Source of the DNA: a candidate division FCPU426 bacterium
GTDB taxonomy: Bacteria; Oederibacteriota; Muellerivitia; Muellerivitales; Muellerivitaceae
Direction: 5' to 3'
DNA length: 64,000 bases
Assembly: GCA_963847625.1 (NCBI GenBank)
Contig: CAWKAR010000019.1
Span: 64,001-128,000, forward strand
In this document: positions 51,726 through 60,801 of the stretch, piece by piece
How positions within the stretch are numbered: the stretch's first letter is position 1
Layout of the letters: each line of letters opens with the position of its first letter
Made by a program: the position numbers and the translations under genes
The notes under the pieces: generated by a model
What the model saw: the letters and a program-made list of their open reading frames with translations, nothing else
Databases searched by the model: none
What the model was told of the DNA's origin: nothing

Positions 51726-53714
51726 TCAATTAAACCCAAAACGGATGCCCGCCAAAAGGGGGATATCCTGCCCGATGACGCCGTCGGCGAAGATAAAATT
51801 ATATTTCCCCTCCACGAACAGGGAATCCAAGGGGTCAAAGGGCACTTCCAAACCCGCCCCCAGAGCCATGTCGAAGTTGCCCACTTGGACGGGGCCGAAA
51901 ACGCCGCCCCAGGAGACTTCCACATCCAGCCCCGCGCCCGCCGACAGGTATGGCCTGATCCCCTTTTGAAGGAGCAGGTACCGGACCGTCGGAAGGAACA
52001 AGAGCTCGTGGTCCCCGATGGACCCCACGTAATTGGTGCCGGAATAATCGAAATCCTCCACGTCCAACTGGAGGGCCCAGCCGTCGTTGAATCCATAGCC
52101 GACGCTGAATTTCCCGCCGCTTCCCAGGCCATAGGCCGTTTGCCAATTTTGGGTTGGAAGGTCGATTCCCCCCGCCAGTTCCACGAATATATGCCCCGGG
52201 GCCGAAACCTCAAGTTGAGGCCCAAGATTTGGGGTGGTTTGGTCCCGGGATCCGGAGAAGTTGAATTTCAAACCCGTCTCTAAAACCGCATAACCGTTCT
52301 GATAGGGGTTGGTGAAATTACGGAGGTTGGACGCGTTATAGTCCTTCAGTTCAATGAATAGGTCCAAGGTTGGGTTCAAATATAAAGCCATGCCGGCCCC
52401 AAATTGCGCGGCATTATTCTCTCCATAAAAATCGGGGCCATCGGGGAATTCCAGCCCAAGCCCGCCGAACAGGTAAGGCTGGAATGGGTCGGAGATGACA
52501 AGGGTGTATTGAAGGTTCGCCAGGACCGCCCAATCCCCCGGGAATCTTTCCAAATTGGTGTAAAAGGAAAAATGATTCAGAAAGTCGTATCCGGCCGCGA
52601 TGGAAGTGGTATTGACCTGCATATCGTTGACCGTCGAATAATAGTCGCCCGAAGCTAAAGTGAATCCCAAACCCATTTTAATGAAAAAATTACCGTTGGA
52701 CGGGGGCGTTCCGCTCTTGTTATCCCCGCCGTGATCGCCCCCAAGGTCGAGGATCACCCCGGCGTTGATGGGATAATCGATGGCGATCACCTGTTTGTTC
52801 GGGTAAAAGTAGTTGGGATTACCCATGTAAAATTGGTTCTGGGCGAAGGATTCAAGAATAAAGTTGCCTTTCGCCTCGACGAATGTGCTCCAGCCCCCGC
52901 CCAGCTTTAACTGCGCACCCAGGCTTCCCTGTAACAGGTGATCGGTATTGTAGAAACTATTATCAGCAAAGACACCGACACCGGCTCCCAAATAAGGCCT
53001 GAAGGGTCCGTCTCCGAACGCATAGCGGGCCGAGAAGGTCGTTTCTAAACACTTGACCTCGTAGTTGCGTCTATAGAAAGAATCATATTGTGATAAGAAA
53101 TACATGGCTTCCGTCAACCAAAGGGACCAGTGGTCATCCCAGGCGTAACCGAAACCTAGTTCCCCTCCCAAACCCACCGTGCCGGGGTTTTTAAAGTTTT
53201 GACCGAAGAATTCCAAGCCTGGGCCCAGTTGGAACTGAAAATTTTTAAAAGGATCGTTCGGGGCCTTCGGCGTGGGAGTCGGGACCGCCAAGTCCTCAAG
53301 GGTTCCATTCGGTTTCCGATCCGGGTCCAGGTCCGGCGGTGGCGGCATTTGGGCTTCAGCCTTTCCCTCAAAATAAGCGCCATCATCGTTTCTCGGCTTC
53401 CTCGGCTCCGGTGTTTTCAGCCAATCCACGAAGCTTTTCAACCGGGGATTGTCCCCGTTTAGTTTCAGGCTCTCTTGGCATTGCGCCAGGGCATCCTGGT
53501 TATCATTCATCTGGTATGCGCAATAACCCAGCAATTGGTGGGCTTTCCAATTGCCGGGGCTCAACTGGATGGCCCGTTTCAGGTTTGTGACGGCGGCCGA
53601 ATAGTCATTGCCGTAGTATTGGCTCAAAGCCAAATTGAAATAGTCCCCGGCATCGGCCGCGAAAACATTTAAGGCCGATAGGTAGAAAAGCACCGCCCAA
53701 ACGAACCTTCTCAT
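51726..53714 (-). CDS. TPR protein with three tandem outer-membrane beta-barrel-like domains
   Basis: Signal peptide, TPR, Pro linker; three units each with [R/Q]PYL.[A/G]G.G and ending AGVILDL / TGLKFNF / AGIRFGFN. Confidence 0.7.
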   Translation of the reverse strand: MRRFVWAVLFYLSALNVFAADAGDYFNLALSQYYGNDYSAAVTNLKRAIQLSPGNWKAHQLLGYCAYQMNDNQDALAQCQESLKLNGDNPRLKSFVDWLKTPEPRKPRNDDGAYFEGKAEAQMPPPPDLDPDRKPNGTLEDLAVPTPTPKAPNDPFKNFQFQLGPGLEFFGQNFKNPGTVGLGGELGFGYAWDDHWSLWLTEAMYFLSQYDSFYRRNYEVKCLETTFSARYAFGDGPFRPYLGAGVGVFADNSFYNTDHLLQGSLGAQLKLGGGWSTFVEAKGNFILESFAQNQFYMGNPNYFYPNKQVIAIDYPINAGVILDLGGDHGGDNKSGTPPSNGNFFIKMGLGFTLASGDYYSTVNDMQVNTTSIAAGYDFLNHFSFYTNLERFPGDWAVLANLQYTLVISDPFQPYLFGGLGLEFPDGPDFYGENNAAQFGAGMALYLNPTLDLFIELKDYNASNLRNFTNPYQNGYAVLETGLKFNFSGSRDQTTPNLGPQLEVSAPGHIFVELAGGIDLPTQNWQTAYGLGSGGKFSVGYGFNDGWALQLDVEDFDYSGTNYVGSIGDHELLFLPTVRYLLLQKGIRPYLSAGAGLDVEVSWGGVFGPVQVGNFDMALGAGLEVPFDPLDSLFVEGKYNFIFADGVIGQDIPLLAGIRFGFN

Positions 53715-53762
53715 AATATTCTTCCCCTCAATAACGAACTACGTTTTATGAGCTATTAATCT

Positions 53763-53792
53763 TTGTCCACTTTGGCTCCCCGTCGCGGACAG
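53763..53792. repeat. 30-bp site S7
   Basis: TTGTCCACTTT-GGCTCCCC-GTCGCGGACAG, abutting the stop codon at 53793. Confidence 0.85.
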
Positions 53793-54806
53793 CTATTTTT
53801 TATGTTTCATCCAACGTTTCACCGAATTCACATTTTCATTATGGGCTAGGTCGCCGTTCAATTCTTTTATTCGATCTCTGCACAATTGCGTCACGACCGA
53901 ATTTTCGATAACGACGTTATCTTTGACGCCCTTGGTTTTTACCATCTCCAGAAGTCGTACCCAGGCATCGCGGTAAAGCTCCCAACCCTTCTGGTCTTCT
54001 TCTAAACCGGGATCATACTTTGGATAATTTGAAAACCCCTTATTTTGGGTTTCGAACAATTCTTTTTCTTCTATAATCTTTTTAAACGCGGTCTGGAGAG
54101 ATTTATTCAAATTTCTTCTCGCTTCTTGGCATTCCTTTAAGGTCGACACATTCAATTGACCCTTCAGCAACCAATCTTTGATCTTGTCTTGATGAAGGGC
54201 TTTCCCATAAGTATGTCTCGGGTGTTCATCGCTTATACCCAAGATATCTTCTTCCATAAGGTCCAATACAGCCCTTTTTCCATCGTTTATCTCCAGAGTT
54301 TCGGCTTCATCTTCTATGATTTTCAATTCTTTCTTCTCCATGTCATTCAAGCGGCCCTTGAAAGTTTCGACCTTTCGGTTTAATTCCTGGTCATTGAGAT
54401 CCGTTTGGATGTCGTTGCAATCATATGATTCATCACTATCCATGGGGATGTCGTTACAGGTCAATCGAGGATAGATTTTTTGGGGGGTTTTCAACCTCTC
54501 CTGAATGATCTTCTCTAGATTTTGGTATCCAACTCCCCAATAGTTGAGCTTATTGTCTGCCTCTTCGAATAGTTCCTGGGCTTTTTGGGGATTTCTTTCC
54601 ACGCCATCCCCGTTGAGATACATCAAGATGAGGAAGGGGTAACCTTTCCCAATATCATCTTTTTGGAAACAATCCATGGCTTTGGAATAATCAACAGGCA
54701 CACCGATCCCGTAATAATATTTCAAACATTCCTTATCCAGGGCTTGGAGTTTGGTCGTGACAAGAAAAAAGACCATTATCAAAAAAAGTGTTATTTTGGA
54801 TTTCGT
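53793..54806 (-). CDS. Sel1-like repeat / LprI-like secreted protein (apparent ACG start)
   Basis: YYGIGVPVDYSKA, MYLNGDGVERNPQKA, QKGWELYRDAW...RIKEL. Confidence 0.65.
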   Translation of the reverse strand, partial: TKSKITLFLIMVFFLVTTKLQALDKECLKYYYGIGVPVDYSKAMDCFQKDDIGKGYPFLILMYLNGDGVERNPQKAQELFEEADNKLNYWGVGYQNLEKIIQERLKTPQKIYPRLTCNDIPMDSDESYDCNDIQTDLNDQELNRKVETFKGRLNDMEKKELKIIEDEAETLEINDGKRAVLDLMEEDILGISDEHPRHTYGKALHQDKIKDWLLKGQLNVSTLKECQEARRNLNKSLQTAFKKIIEEKELFETQNKGFSNYPKYDPGLEEDQKGWELYRDAWVRLLEMVKTKGVKDNVVIENSVVTQLCRDRIKELNGDLAHNENVNSVKRWMKHKK

Positions 54807-54816
54807 AAATAGCTCC

Positions 54817-54846
54817 TTGACTACGAAGGCTCCCCGTCGTGGACAA
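54817..54846. repeat. 30-bp site S8
   Basis: TTGACTACGAA-GGCTCCCC-GTCGTGGACAA. Confidence 0.8.
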
Positions 54847-54857
54847 ATATCCTAAGT

Positions 54858-55235
54858 TTAAAAAGTAAAGCGTTCCTTCAACCAGGGTGGGCTCTTTTCC
54901 GTCAGGCACTGGATCACAATGACATGTCCTTCAGGGTCTTCAAAAGATACAGCCTGTAAACCCAAATGGGAGTCCGTGGGGCCGGTGAACCGGATTCCTT
55001 TTTGCTTTAGACTTGCTACCAGAGCCGGGAGGTCATCCGTGATGAAGGAAACCTGGGACTTGCCGGGTTGATGAACCGATGTATCGAAATCCACTCCAGG
55101 CCAACCCGAGTCAAAGACATTTAACCCGGCTGGTTCAGTTAGATTGAGTTTGAAGCCCAATACTTCCTCATAGAATTTCCTGCTCCCGCTTGGATCTTTT
55201 GTATAAAGCTCAACCTCATGAAGTTTGAAACGCAT
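54858..55235 (-). CDS. VOC/glyoxalase-family protein
   Basis: LHEVELYTKD..SRKFYEEVLGF, FEDPEGHVI; GAGGAGG RBS. Confidence 0.88.
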   Translation of the reverse strand: MRFKLHEVELYTKDPSGSRKFYEEVLGFKLNLTEPAGLNVFDSGWPGVDFDTSVHQPGKSQVSFITDDLPALVASLKQKGIRFTGPTDSHLGLQAVSFEDPEGHVIVIQCLTEKSPPWLKERFTF

Positions 55236-55290
55236 ATTCCCTCCTCACAAATACTTTCCCATTCATGAAAGCTTCTTCCCGACTTTTTCC

Positions 55291-55320
55291 TTGTCCACGA
55301 TGACTCTCCGCCGCGGACAA
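55291..55320. repeat. 30-bp site S9
   Basis: TTGTCCACGAT-GACTCTCC-GCCGCGGACAA. Confidence 0.8.
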
Positions 55321-55335
55321 CTTTAAAACCTTATA

Positions 55336-55485
55336 TCAAACCCGCTCCCGGCGACGCCGGTCGCCGGCTTTTTCTTTGCCAGCCATCATGCGGGCTCCCC
55401 CGCACCGGGGGCACACGAACTTTCTTTGTTTATGGGCCGAATGGGCCATTTCCCTCATCTTGATCTTGCATCGCCTGCAGAACAT
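55336..55485 (-). CDS. Small zinc-ribbon protein (49 aa)
   Basis: Manual translation MFCRRCKIKMREMAHSAHKQRKFVCPRCGGARMMAGKEKAGDRRRRERV; two CxxC motifs; GGTGAGG RBS. Confidence 0.7.
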   Translation of the reverse strand: MFCRRCKIKMREMAHSAHKQRKFVCPRCGGARMMAGKEKAGDRRRRERV

Positions 55486-55508
55486 ACCCTCACCCCGTCG
55501 CGGATAAC

Positions 55509-55937
55509 CTATATTTTCTTTTTCAAATAATATCTCACATGCCGTTTTTGAAAAGGTGCCAGTTGCCCGAAAAGACGATATCCCTGTTTTTTATAAAATC
55601 CCGGGGCTTGGAAACTAAAAGTGCTTAAATAAACCTGCTTACAGCCCTTTTTTTTTGCTATAGCTTCCGCTTTGCGAAGAAGCCGTTTTCCTAATCCTTG
55701 GCCACGATATTTTCGATCGACACATAGGATATCCACACAAAGCCATCCCAAATAGGTATATCCGGTCACCCCCCCTACGAGCATTCCCTTTCCGTTTTTG
55801 GCCTCAAGGCCAACTGCCTTCCAATTTGAAATCCCGCTTTTTTTACTATTGAAAGGGCTGATTTTGCTGATGAGCTTATTTCGTAATTCCGTATATTTCC
55901 GGGGGCCAACTTGAATGATGGCGGAGGATGGCTTCAA
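55509..55937 (-). CDS. GNAT-family N-acetyltransferase
   Basis: V..KYRGQGLGKRLL acetyl-CoA motif, TFSFQAPGFYKKQGY. Confidence 0.9.
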   Translation of the reverse strand: MKPSSAIIQVGPRKYTELRNKLISKISPFNSKKSGISNWKAVGLEAKNGKGMLVGGVTGYTYLGWLCVDILCVDRKYRGQGLGKRLLRKAEAIAKKKGCKQVYLSTFSFQAPGFYKKQGYRLFGQLAPFQKRHVRYYLKKKI

Positions 55938-56025
55938 AAGATTTCTCTTTAATTTGGAATTTATCGTTTTGAATGGGTATCAAGAACCTGGATTTTGCCG
56001 CGGGCACCCCAAAGGGCTATTGCCC

Positions 56026-58098
56026 TTATTTAACGCCTGAACTTTTCTTGGCTTTTTCAAAATCGTCCTTGGACCAGACTTCCGCCACCCAATGGTTTCC
56101 GATTTTCCTGAAGGCTTTTTTGGCGTCCTTGCCCTTTTTGTTCTGGTAATCCAGCCAGGCCAGGCGGTTCCAAATATCCCAATTGTGGGGGTCCAGTTTT
56201 AAAAGCGTCTGGTAGGCTTTCACCCGTTCCTTGAACACCTTCGGTTTTTTCACGAATTCCTTCTTTTCGGAATCCTTGGAAAGCCCGTTTTGGGCCGTGT
56301 CGGAGGAGGCCAAAACCACGTAAGGATAAAGGGCCCTTAATTCCTTGTCTTTCCCGGAAATCTTCTTGGCCAAATCCAGGACAGGTTTTGTTTTTCCCGC
56401 CAGCGCCGCCCAGGCCAGATAGTTTTTCCACTCGCCGAGATCTCCCGGCGATGCGGTCAGGTAATTCCCGTAGCTCTTGGCGAAATCTTTCCAATAGGGC
56501 GAATTTTTCACTTTCTCCCGCGTCTCTTTCCGCCATTGAGCCAGTCCCGCCTCCGACTGTTCCAAGCAAAGCACGTGGAAATCAGCGGCGCATGGAATGA
56601 AAAACAAGGCGGGAAACCTTTTGTTGAACTTTCGGGCGAACTCGAACATTTCCTTCAAGGAGCCGTTCCATTTCGGATTGAGGTAATCCATGTAAACGGT
56701 GTAAGCCTCATAATCGTTGGGATCCAGCCGCAGGACTTTTCCGAAGTCATCTTTCATGGTTTCCTTGGCCAGTTCCGCCGCGTTGCCGTAGGCCACCAGT
56801 TGGCCCCAGGCCCTTCCGTAATGCGGGGTCAGGTCGACAGCCTTCTGGGCGTATTTCAAACTCTCCTCGACACGCTTTTTAAAAAGTTTCAACGCCTTCG
56901 GCGGGACGTCCCTGGTCCAATCAGTGCCCCGAGCCTCCCAGGCCAAGGAAAGCGTCAGTTGGGCCAGTTGAATCCAGGCGTTGGGGTTTTCCGGATGCGA
57001 TTGGGTCCAGTTTTTCAACAGCGTGACGGCTTCATCGTTATAGCCTTTGCCCTCCAAGGAGTAGGCGGCATAACGGTACCAATCGGGATTGTCGTTGTCC
57101 CTTTGCAACTCCTCCAGGGACAGTTTCAGGGCTTCGTCGTACTTTTTCAGCGCGTAAAGCTCGTAAACGTAGTCGAACTTGTAAAAGGAGTTATCCGGGT
57201 ATTTCCGGACGAGCGGTTCGATCATGTCCAGATGGTTGGTCCGCTCCCGGAAGTCCGAAATTCCAAGCCAACGGTCGACCAAATAGTGGCACTTGGAGTT
57301 CTTGGCGAGGATATTGTCCCACTGGTTCACTAATGAATATCCGCCCTGCCGGATCAGGCTTTCCAGGAAGGCTGTGCGTTCCAAATCCTTGTCGTTTAAG
57401 AACACGGGGCGCTTCAAGAAAGCCGCCTGTCGCGCGTTGGGTTTGAACCCAACCCAGTCATGGAGGCGGGAAGCCATCCAGCCCGGCGCCGAATGAAGCT
57501 GATTGGCCGTGAATTTTTTCTTGTATTTTTTCAGTGGATGGGAGCCGGTAAAACTCAAAGTGATGGTGTAACCCGTTTTCGCCCGGACCAAGGTTCCACT
57601 CGCGTTATCCGGGGTCGCGAACATGTAAGCCAGTTGTTTGGAAAATTGCTCGTGATATTGCCCGAGCGCCGAGTCGAACAGCCTGAAGTTCTGGAAAAGG
57701 GTGCCGGCGTTGGGCAGGTCAAAAATAGATTCAGGAAGGTAGGTCGCCTGCTCCATGGCCAAGTAACTCAGAAAACTTCCCAGGGCGTTAATCCGGCCCA
57801 TTTTGTCCTTGAGGGGGAAAATCAAGGGGCAATGCGGGAGGGTTTGCCCTTTAACCCGGATGTCTTCGATCATATTGATTATTTCTTGGCTGGGGCGCTG
57901 ACCCTCGGGCGCGGCTTCTTCTTGCTTCTTTTTTACCAGTTCCCTCTCACGAATGGCCTGATCCTTTTCCCTGGCGGATTTCAAAATTCTGGCCGCTTTT
58001 TTCTCGATTAGAACTTGCTTTTGATGGATGTAACCAAGCTCGGCGGCTATAACGATGGCGCCAATTCCCACGGCGATAAAAATGAGTTTCCAATCCAT
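56026..58098 (-). CDS. Membrane-anchored TPR protein with DUF4034-like region
   Basis: N-terminal TM, multiple TPRs, LAWEARG.DW and LNPKWNGS motifs. Confidence 0.7.
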   Translation of the reverse strand: MDWKLIFIAVGIGAIVIAAELGYIHQKQVLIEKKAARILKSAREKDQAIRERELVKKKQEEAAPEGQRPSQEIINMIEDIRVKGQTLPHCPLIFPLKDKMGRINALGSFLSYLAMEQATYLPESIFDLPNAGTLFQNFRLFDSALGQYHEQFSKQLAYMFATPDNASGTLVRAKTGYTITLSFTGSHPLKKYKKKFTANQLHSAPGWMASRLHDWVGFKPNARQAAFLKRPVFLNDKDLERTAFLESLIRQGGYSLVNQWDNILAKNSKCHYLVDRWLGISDFRERTNHLDMIEPLVRKYPDNSFYKFDYVYELYALKKYDEALKLSLEELQRDNDNPDWYRYAAYSLEGKGYNDEAVTLLKNWTQSHPENPNAWIQLAQLTLSLAWEARGTDWTRDVPPKALKLFKKRVEESLKYAQKAVDLTPHYGRAWGQLVAYGNAAELAKETMKDDFGKVLRLDPNDYEAYTVYMDYLNPKWNGSLKEMFEFARKFNKRFPALFFIPCAADFHVLCLEQSEAGLAQWRKETREKVKNSPYWKDFAKSYGNYLTASPGDLGEWKNYLAWAALAGKTKPVLDLAKKISGKDKELRALYPYVVLASSDTAQNGLSKDSEKKEFVKKPKVFKERVKAYQTLLKLDPHNWDIWNRLAWLDYQNKKGKDAKKAFRKIGNHWVAEVWSKDDFEKAKKSSGVK

Positions 58099-58448
58099 TG
58101 TTAAAGAGTCCTTTTTTTTGGACGCATAGGCACCCCCGGTTCAAAAGCCTTGTTAATGAAATTCTCTCAAATGCGGGTTGAAAGGTGGGAAAAAAGTATT
58201 GGGGTTTTTATCTGAAAAACAGGCTCTTTTAGCGCATCAGGATTTAGGTTTACTCTATCCATCAGGAATTGGGAAATTCTAAAACGGTTTGGAAAAACAG
58301 GATGGCGGTATAATAAAAATTGAAGTCAGTATTATACCCACTAGAACGGCAAAGCCGTTCCCTCTTTGAATGCTTAATGGAAGGACGGCTCTTCTTTTTC
58401 AGATGGATAAGGCTAATCGTGAATCCCCATATAAGTAAAAGGTATTTC

Positions 58449-60002
58449 ATGACTCGAAACACTCTTTTCCGAACCGCGCTTCTCCCCTTTTTCCTGATGC
58501 CTGTTTTCGCTTACCCCCAAGCTTCCACTCCAACGCCCAATTGCTGCGAGGGTTTGTCATCTATTACAGGCGGATTTATCGAACCCACCGGATTGGCCAT
58601 TGACTATGGCAGAAACCTTATTTACATTTCCGATCCGAACACTCATAGTTTTTTCGTTTTCACAACGGGTGGGAGTCCCGTCACCAATTTGGTGTCATGG
58701 CCCGGAGGTGGTTTTAATACTCCGATGGACGTTGCGTTGGACAACCAAGGCAATGTCTTCGTGCCGGATTACAACGGTCAAACTGTTTATGAATTTAACG
58801 CCACTACTTTTTCCAATATGGCTGCAATCGGCGTCAGTGCGGTTGGCTTGCCGAGGGGCGTTTGGTTGGACACCCAGGGAGTCACGACGTCCCTCTATAT
58901 CACCTCCCAAAATGACAATGTTTACCGGTATGACAGCATCTCCGGCGGGCCTTTTAACGCGGCGGCCACTTTCGGGGGCAGTTCGGTATTGAACGTGCCC
59001 ACTGAAATCATGTTGCAGGGAAACACAATCTACGTAGTGGATGATGGAAAGCACCTGGTGGAGTTTTCCGTTCCCGGTTATATCCCCACCACTCTGTATA
59101 CCGGATCCAGCGACCTAAAGGGCATCCGGACGGATCTGGCGGGGAATTTCTACGCGACAGAGGGCAACGGCTGTAAATTGGATATGTTCCTGTCAGGGTT
59201 GGCAAACGCGCCGATCCAATGCTCGATACCTACCAACCCCTGGGGGGTGGTATTGGACTCCGCTGGAAAAATATACGTTTGCGAGCAAAACGGGGATTCG
59301 GTGACGGTACTGCAAGGATGCGTAGTGGAAACCACATTGACCCCCGTCTTAACACCGACTTCCACCAATACTTTGGCACCGACTTTGACTCCAACTGTCA
59401 CCCAAACCACGACACCCACCCCAATGCCGGCCGAAACCTATACTCCCACGATGTCTTTCACACCAACGGACACCAAGACTCCCACGCCCACCCGCACGCC
59501 GACCTATTCCCCCACGATCACCGATACATTTACCGGCACCAACACCCCCACCCCGACCCCGACTGAAACCTATACACCCACAATCACAAATACCTTCACG
59601 GTCACTAACACTCCCACGATAATCCCCACGCCCACTTCCACTGCCACCCCTACCGCCACGGGCACCCCTTGCGGTTATCCGGGCAACACCTGCACCCCCA
59701 CCCCAACCCCTCTCTGCACCGACATCTTTTACTTGTCCAAAAACGTCTTCAACCCCTCGGGTCCTGTTTCCATTTTCGCGGGCAATTCCATCTACCCCGG
59801 CCCCTTTTCCCTGAATATTTACAACTCGGCGGGCGAACACATCAAAACGCTTGATTCCCAATATCTTGAAGCTCCGTTCAGCCAGTCGTACCAATGGGAT
59901 GGGACCAATAAGTATGGGAACCCCTGTGCCAGTGGGGTTTACCTCATTTACTTGTCGGACCCACATAGCTCCAAGTTGAAGAGGATCATCCTCGTCAAGT
60001 AA
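58449..60002 (+). CDS. Secreted NHL-propeller protein with Thr/Pro linker and C-terminal FlgD-Ig-like domain
   Basis: Signal peptide, P.GLAID/P.DVALD repeats, TPT tract, C-terminus highly similar to that of 9611-15130. Confidence 0.8.
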   Translation: MTRNTLFRTALLPFFLMPVFAYPQASTPTPNCCEGLSSITGGFIEPTGLAIDYGRNLIYISDPNTHSFFVFTTGGSPVTNLVSWPGGGFNTPMDVALDNQGNVFVPDYNGQTVYEFNATTFSNMAAIGVSAVGLPRGVWLDTQGVTTSLYITSQNDNVYRYDSISGGPFNAAATFGGSSVLNVPTEIMLQGNTIYVVDDGKHLVEFSVPGYIPTTLYTGSSDLKGIRTDLAGNFYATEGNGCKLDMFLSGLANAPIQCSIPTNPWGVVLDSAGKIYVCEQNGDSVTVLQGCVVETTLTPVLTPTSTNTLAPTLTPTVTQTTTPTPMPAETYTPTMSFTPTDTKTPTPTRTPTYSPTITDTFTGTNTPTPTPTETYTPTITNTFTVTNTPTIIPTPTSTATPTATGTPCGYPGNTCTPTPTPLCTDIFYLSKNVFNPSGPVSIFAGNSIYPGPFSLNIYNSAGEHIKTLDSQYLEAPFSQSYQWDGTNKYGNPCASGVYLIYLSDPHSSKLKRIILVK

Positions 60003-60127
60003 ATAAATTCAAACCTGAAAAAATCTGAAACTTCCAAGATTTATGAATTTTTAATGAACCCGGCCGGTTTTGGCGGATAACCCTTTGGGGCATATCCCGC
60101 CAAACTATCCCCCTGAGTCGGGACGTT

Positions 60128-60610
60128 CTATTTCACGATGGTGAATTCTCGCGAATACGCTTTCTGCGGTTTTTCGGCTCCTGAAAAAAAGGAATAATTT
60201 TTATAATAGGTAGCGATAAATTTAAATCGCCCTATGGGCATGGGTCCCATCTTTATTTTTTTCTTGGGAATATTTTTAGTCTTATTCGGATCCGGCGGCC
60301 AGGTGATAGTTCTAACTTCAGCGGGTTTTAATTTGTGAACCATGACTGTTTTAATGAGATCTGGCCCTTCAATATCAAAAGGCCCAATGGAATCCCATTT
60401 GCCATCCGAATACTTCATGGCTTCCACCCAATAGCCCATTACCGCGGGTGAAGTATTTGTAATTTGAAAAGTTATTCTTTTTTCTGCCGATTGATAGGTA
60501 TTTTTTATTCCCGAGAATTGAATGGGCGGCGGTTCCTTTTTGGCGAACCCGCAGAAAACCATAAAGAGAATAATGAGCGGAATATATTTTCTGACGGTGA
60601 ATTGGCGCAT
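60128..60610 (-). CDS. Secreted hypothetical protein (Ig-like)
   Basis: Signal peptide, ITFQITN..., YSREFTIVK; AAGG RBS. Confidence 0.55.
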   Translation of the reverse strand: MRQFTVRKYIPLIILFMVFCGFAKKEPPPIQFSGIKNTYQSAEKRITFQITNTSPAVMGYWVEAMKYSDGKWDSIGPFDIEGPDLIKTVMVHKLKPAEVRTITWPPDPNKTKNIPKKKIKMGPMPIGRFKFIATYYKNYSFFSGAEKPQKAYSREFTIVK

Positions 60611-60801
60611 GACAGCCTTCCATGAAGCATTTAAGGAGACTGGTATTGTACCGATTACCGAATTTTTTTCTTTTATGAAAATCGGCATATACTCCAAGGA
60701 GATTATCATTTATCCGGAGTCAAGAAGACAGATCCGGCATGGAAACGCGGGGCTGGCTGTATAATAATCAGCAATTTATCCGGCTGATTTAAGGAGAATT
60801 C

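Larger units (their letters stand above)
46312..55937 (-). other. Gene-cassette-like array punctuated by 30-bp palindromic direct repeats
   Basis: Seven full sites (46969, 47888, 48816, 50661, 53763, 54817, 55291) and three degenerate ones (46312, 46430, 55478), same orientation, at gene boundaries. Confidence 0.75.

Noticed and set aside
46969..55320. 30-bp repeats as a CRISPR array
   Set aside because: Intervals are hundreds to thousands of bp and contain whole genes; copies are degenerate; no cas genes.
46969..55320. 30-bp repeats as attC sites, terminators or DnaA boxes
   Set aside because: Too short for attC and lacking RYYYAAC/GTTRRRY ends; no U-tract on the coding strand; TTGTCCAC is never followed by the final A of a DnaA box and there is no oriC context.
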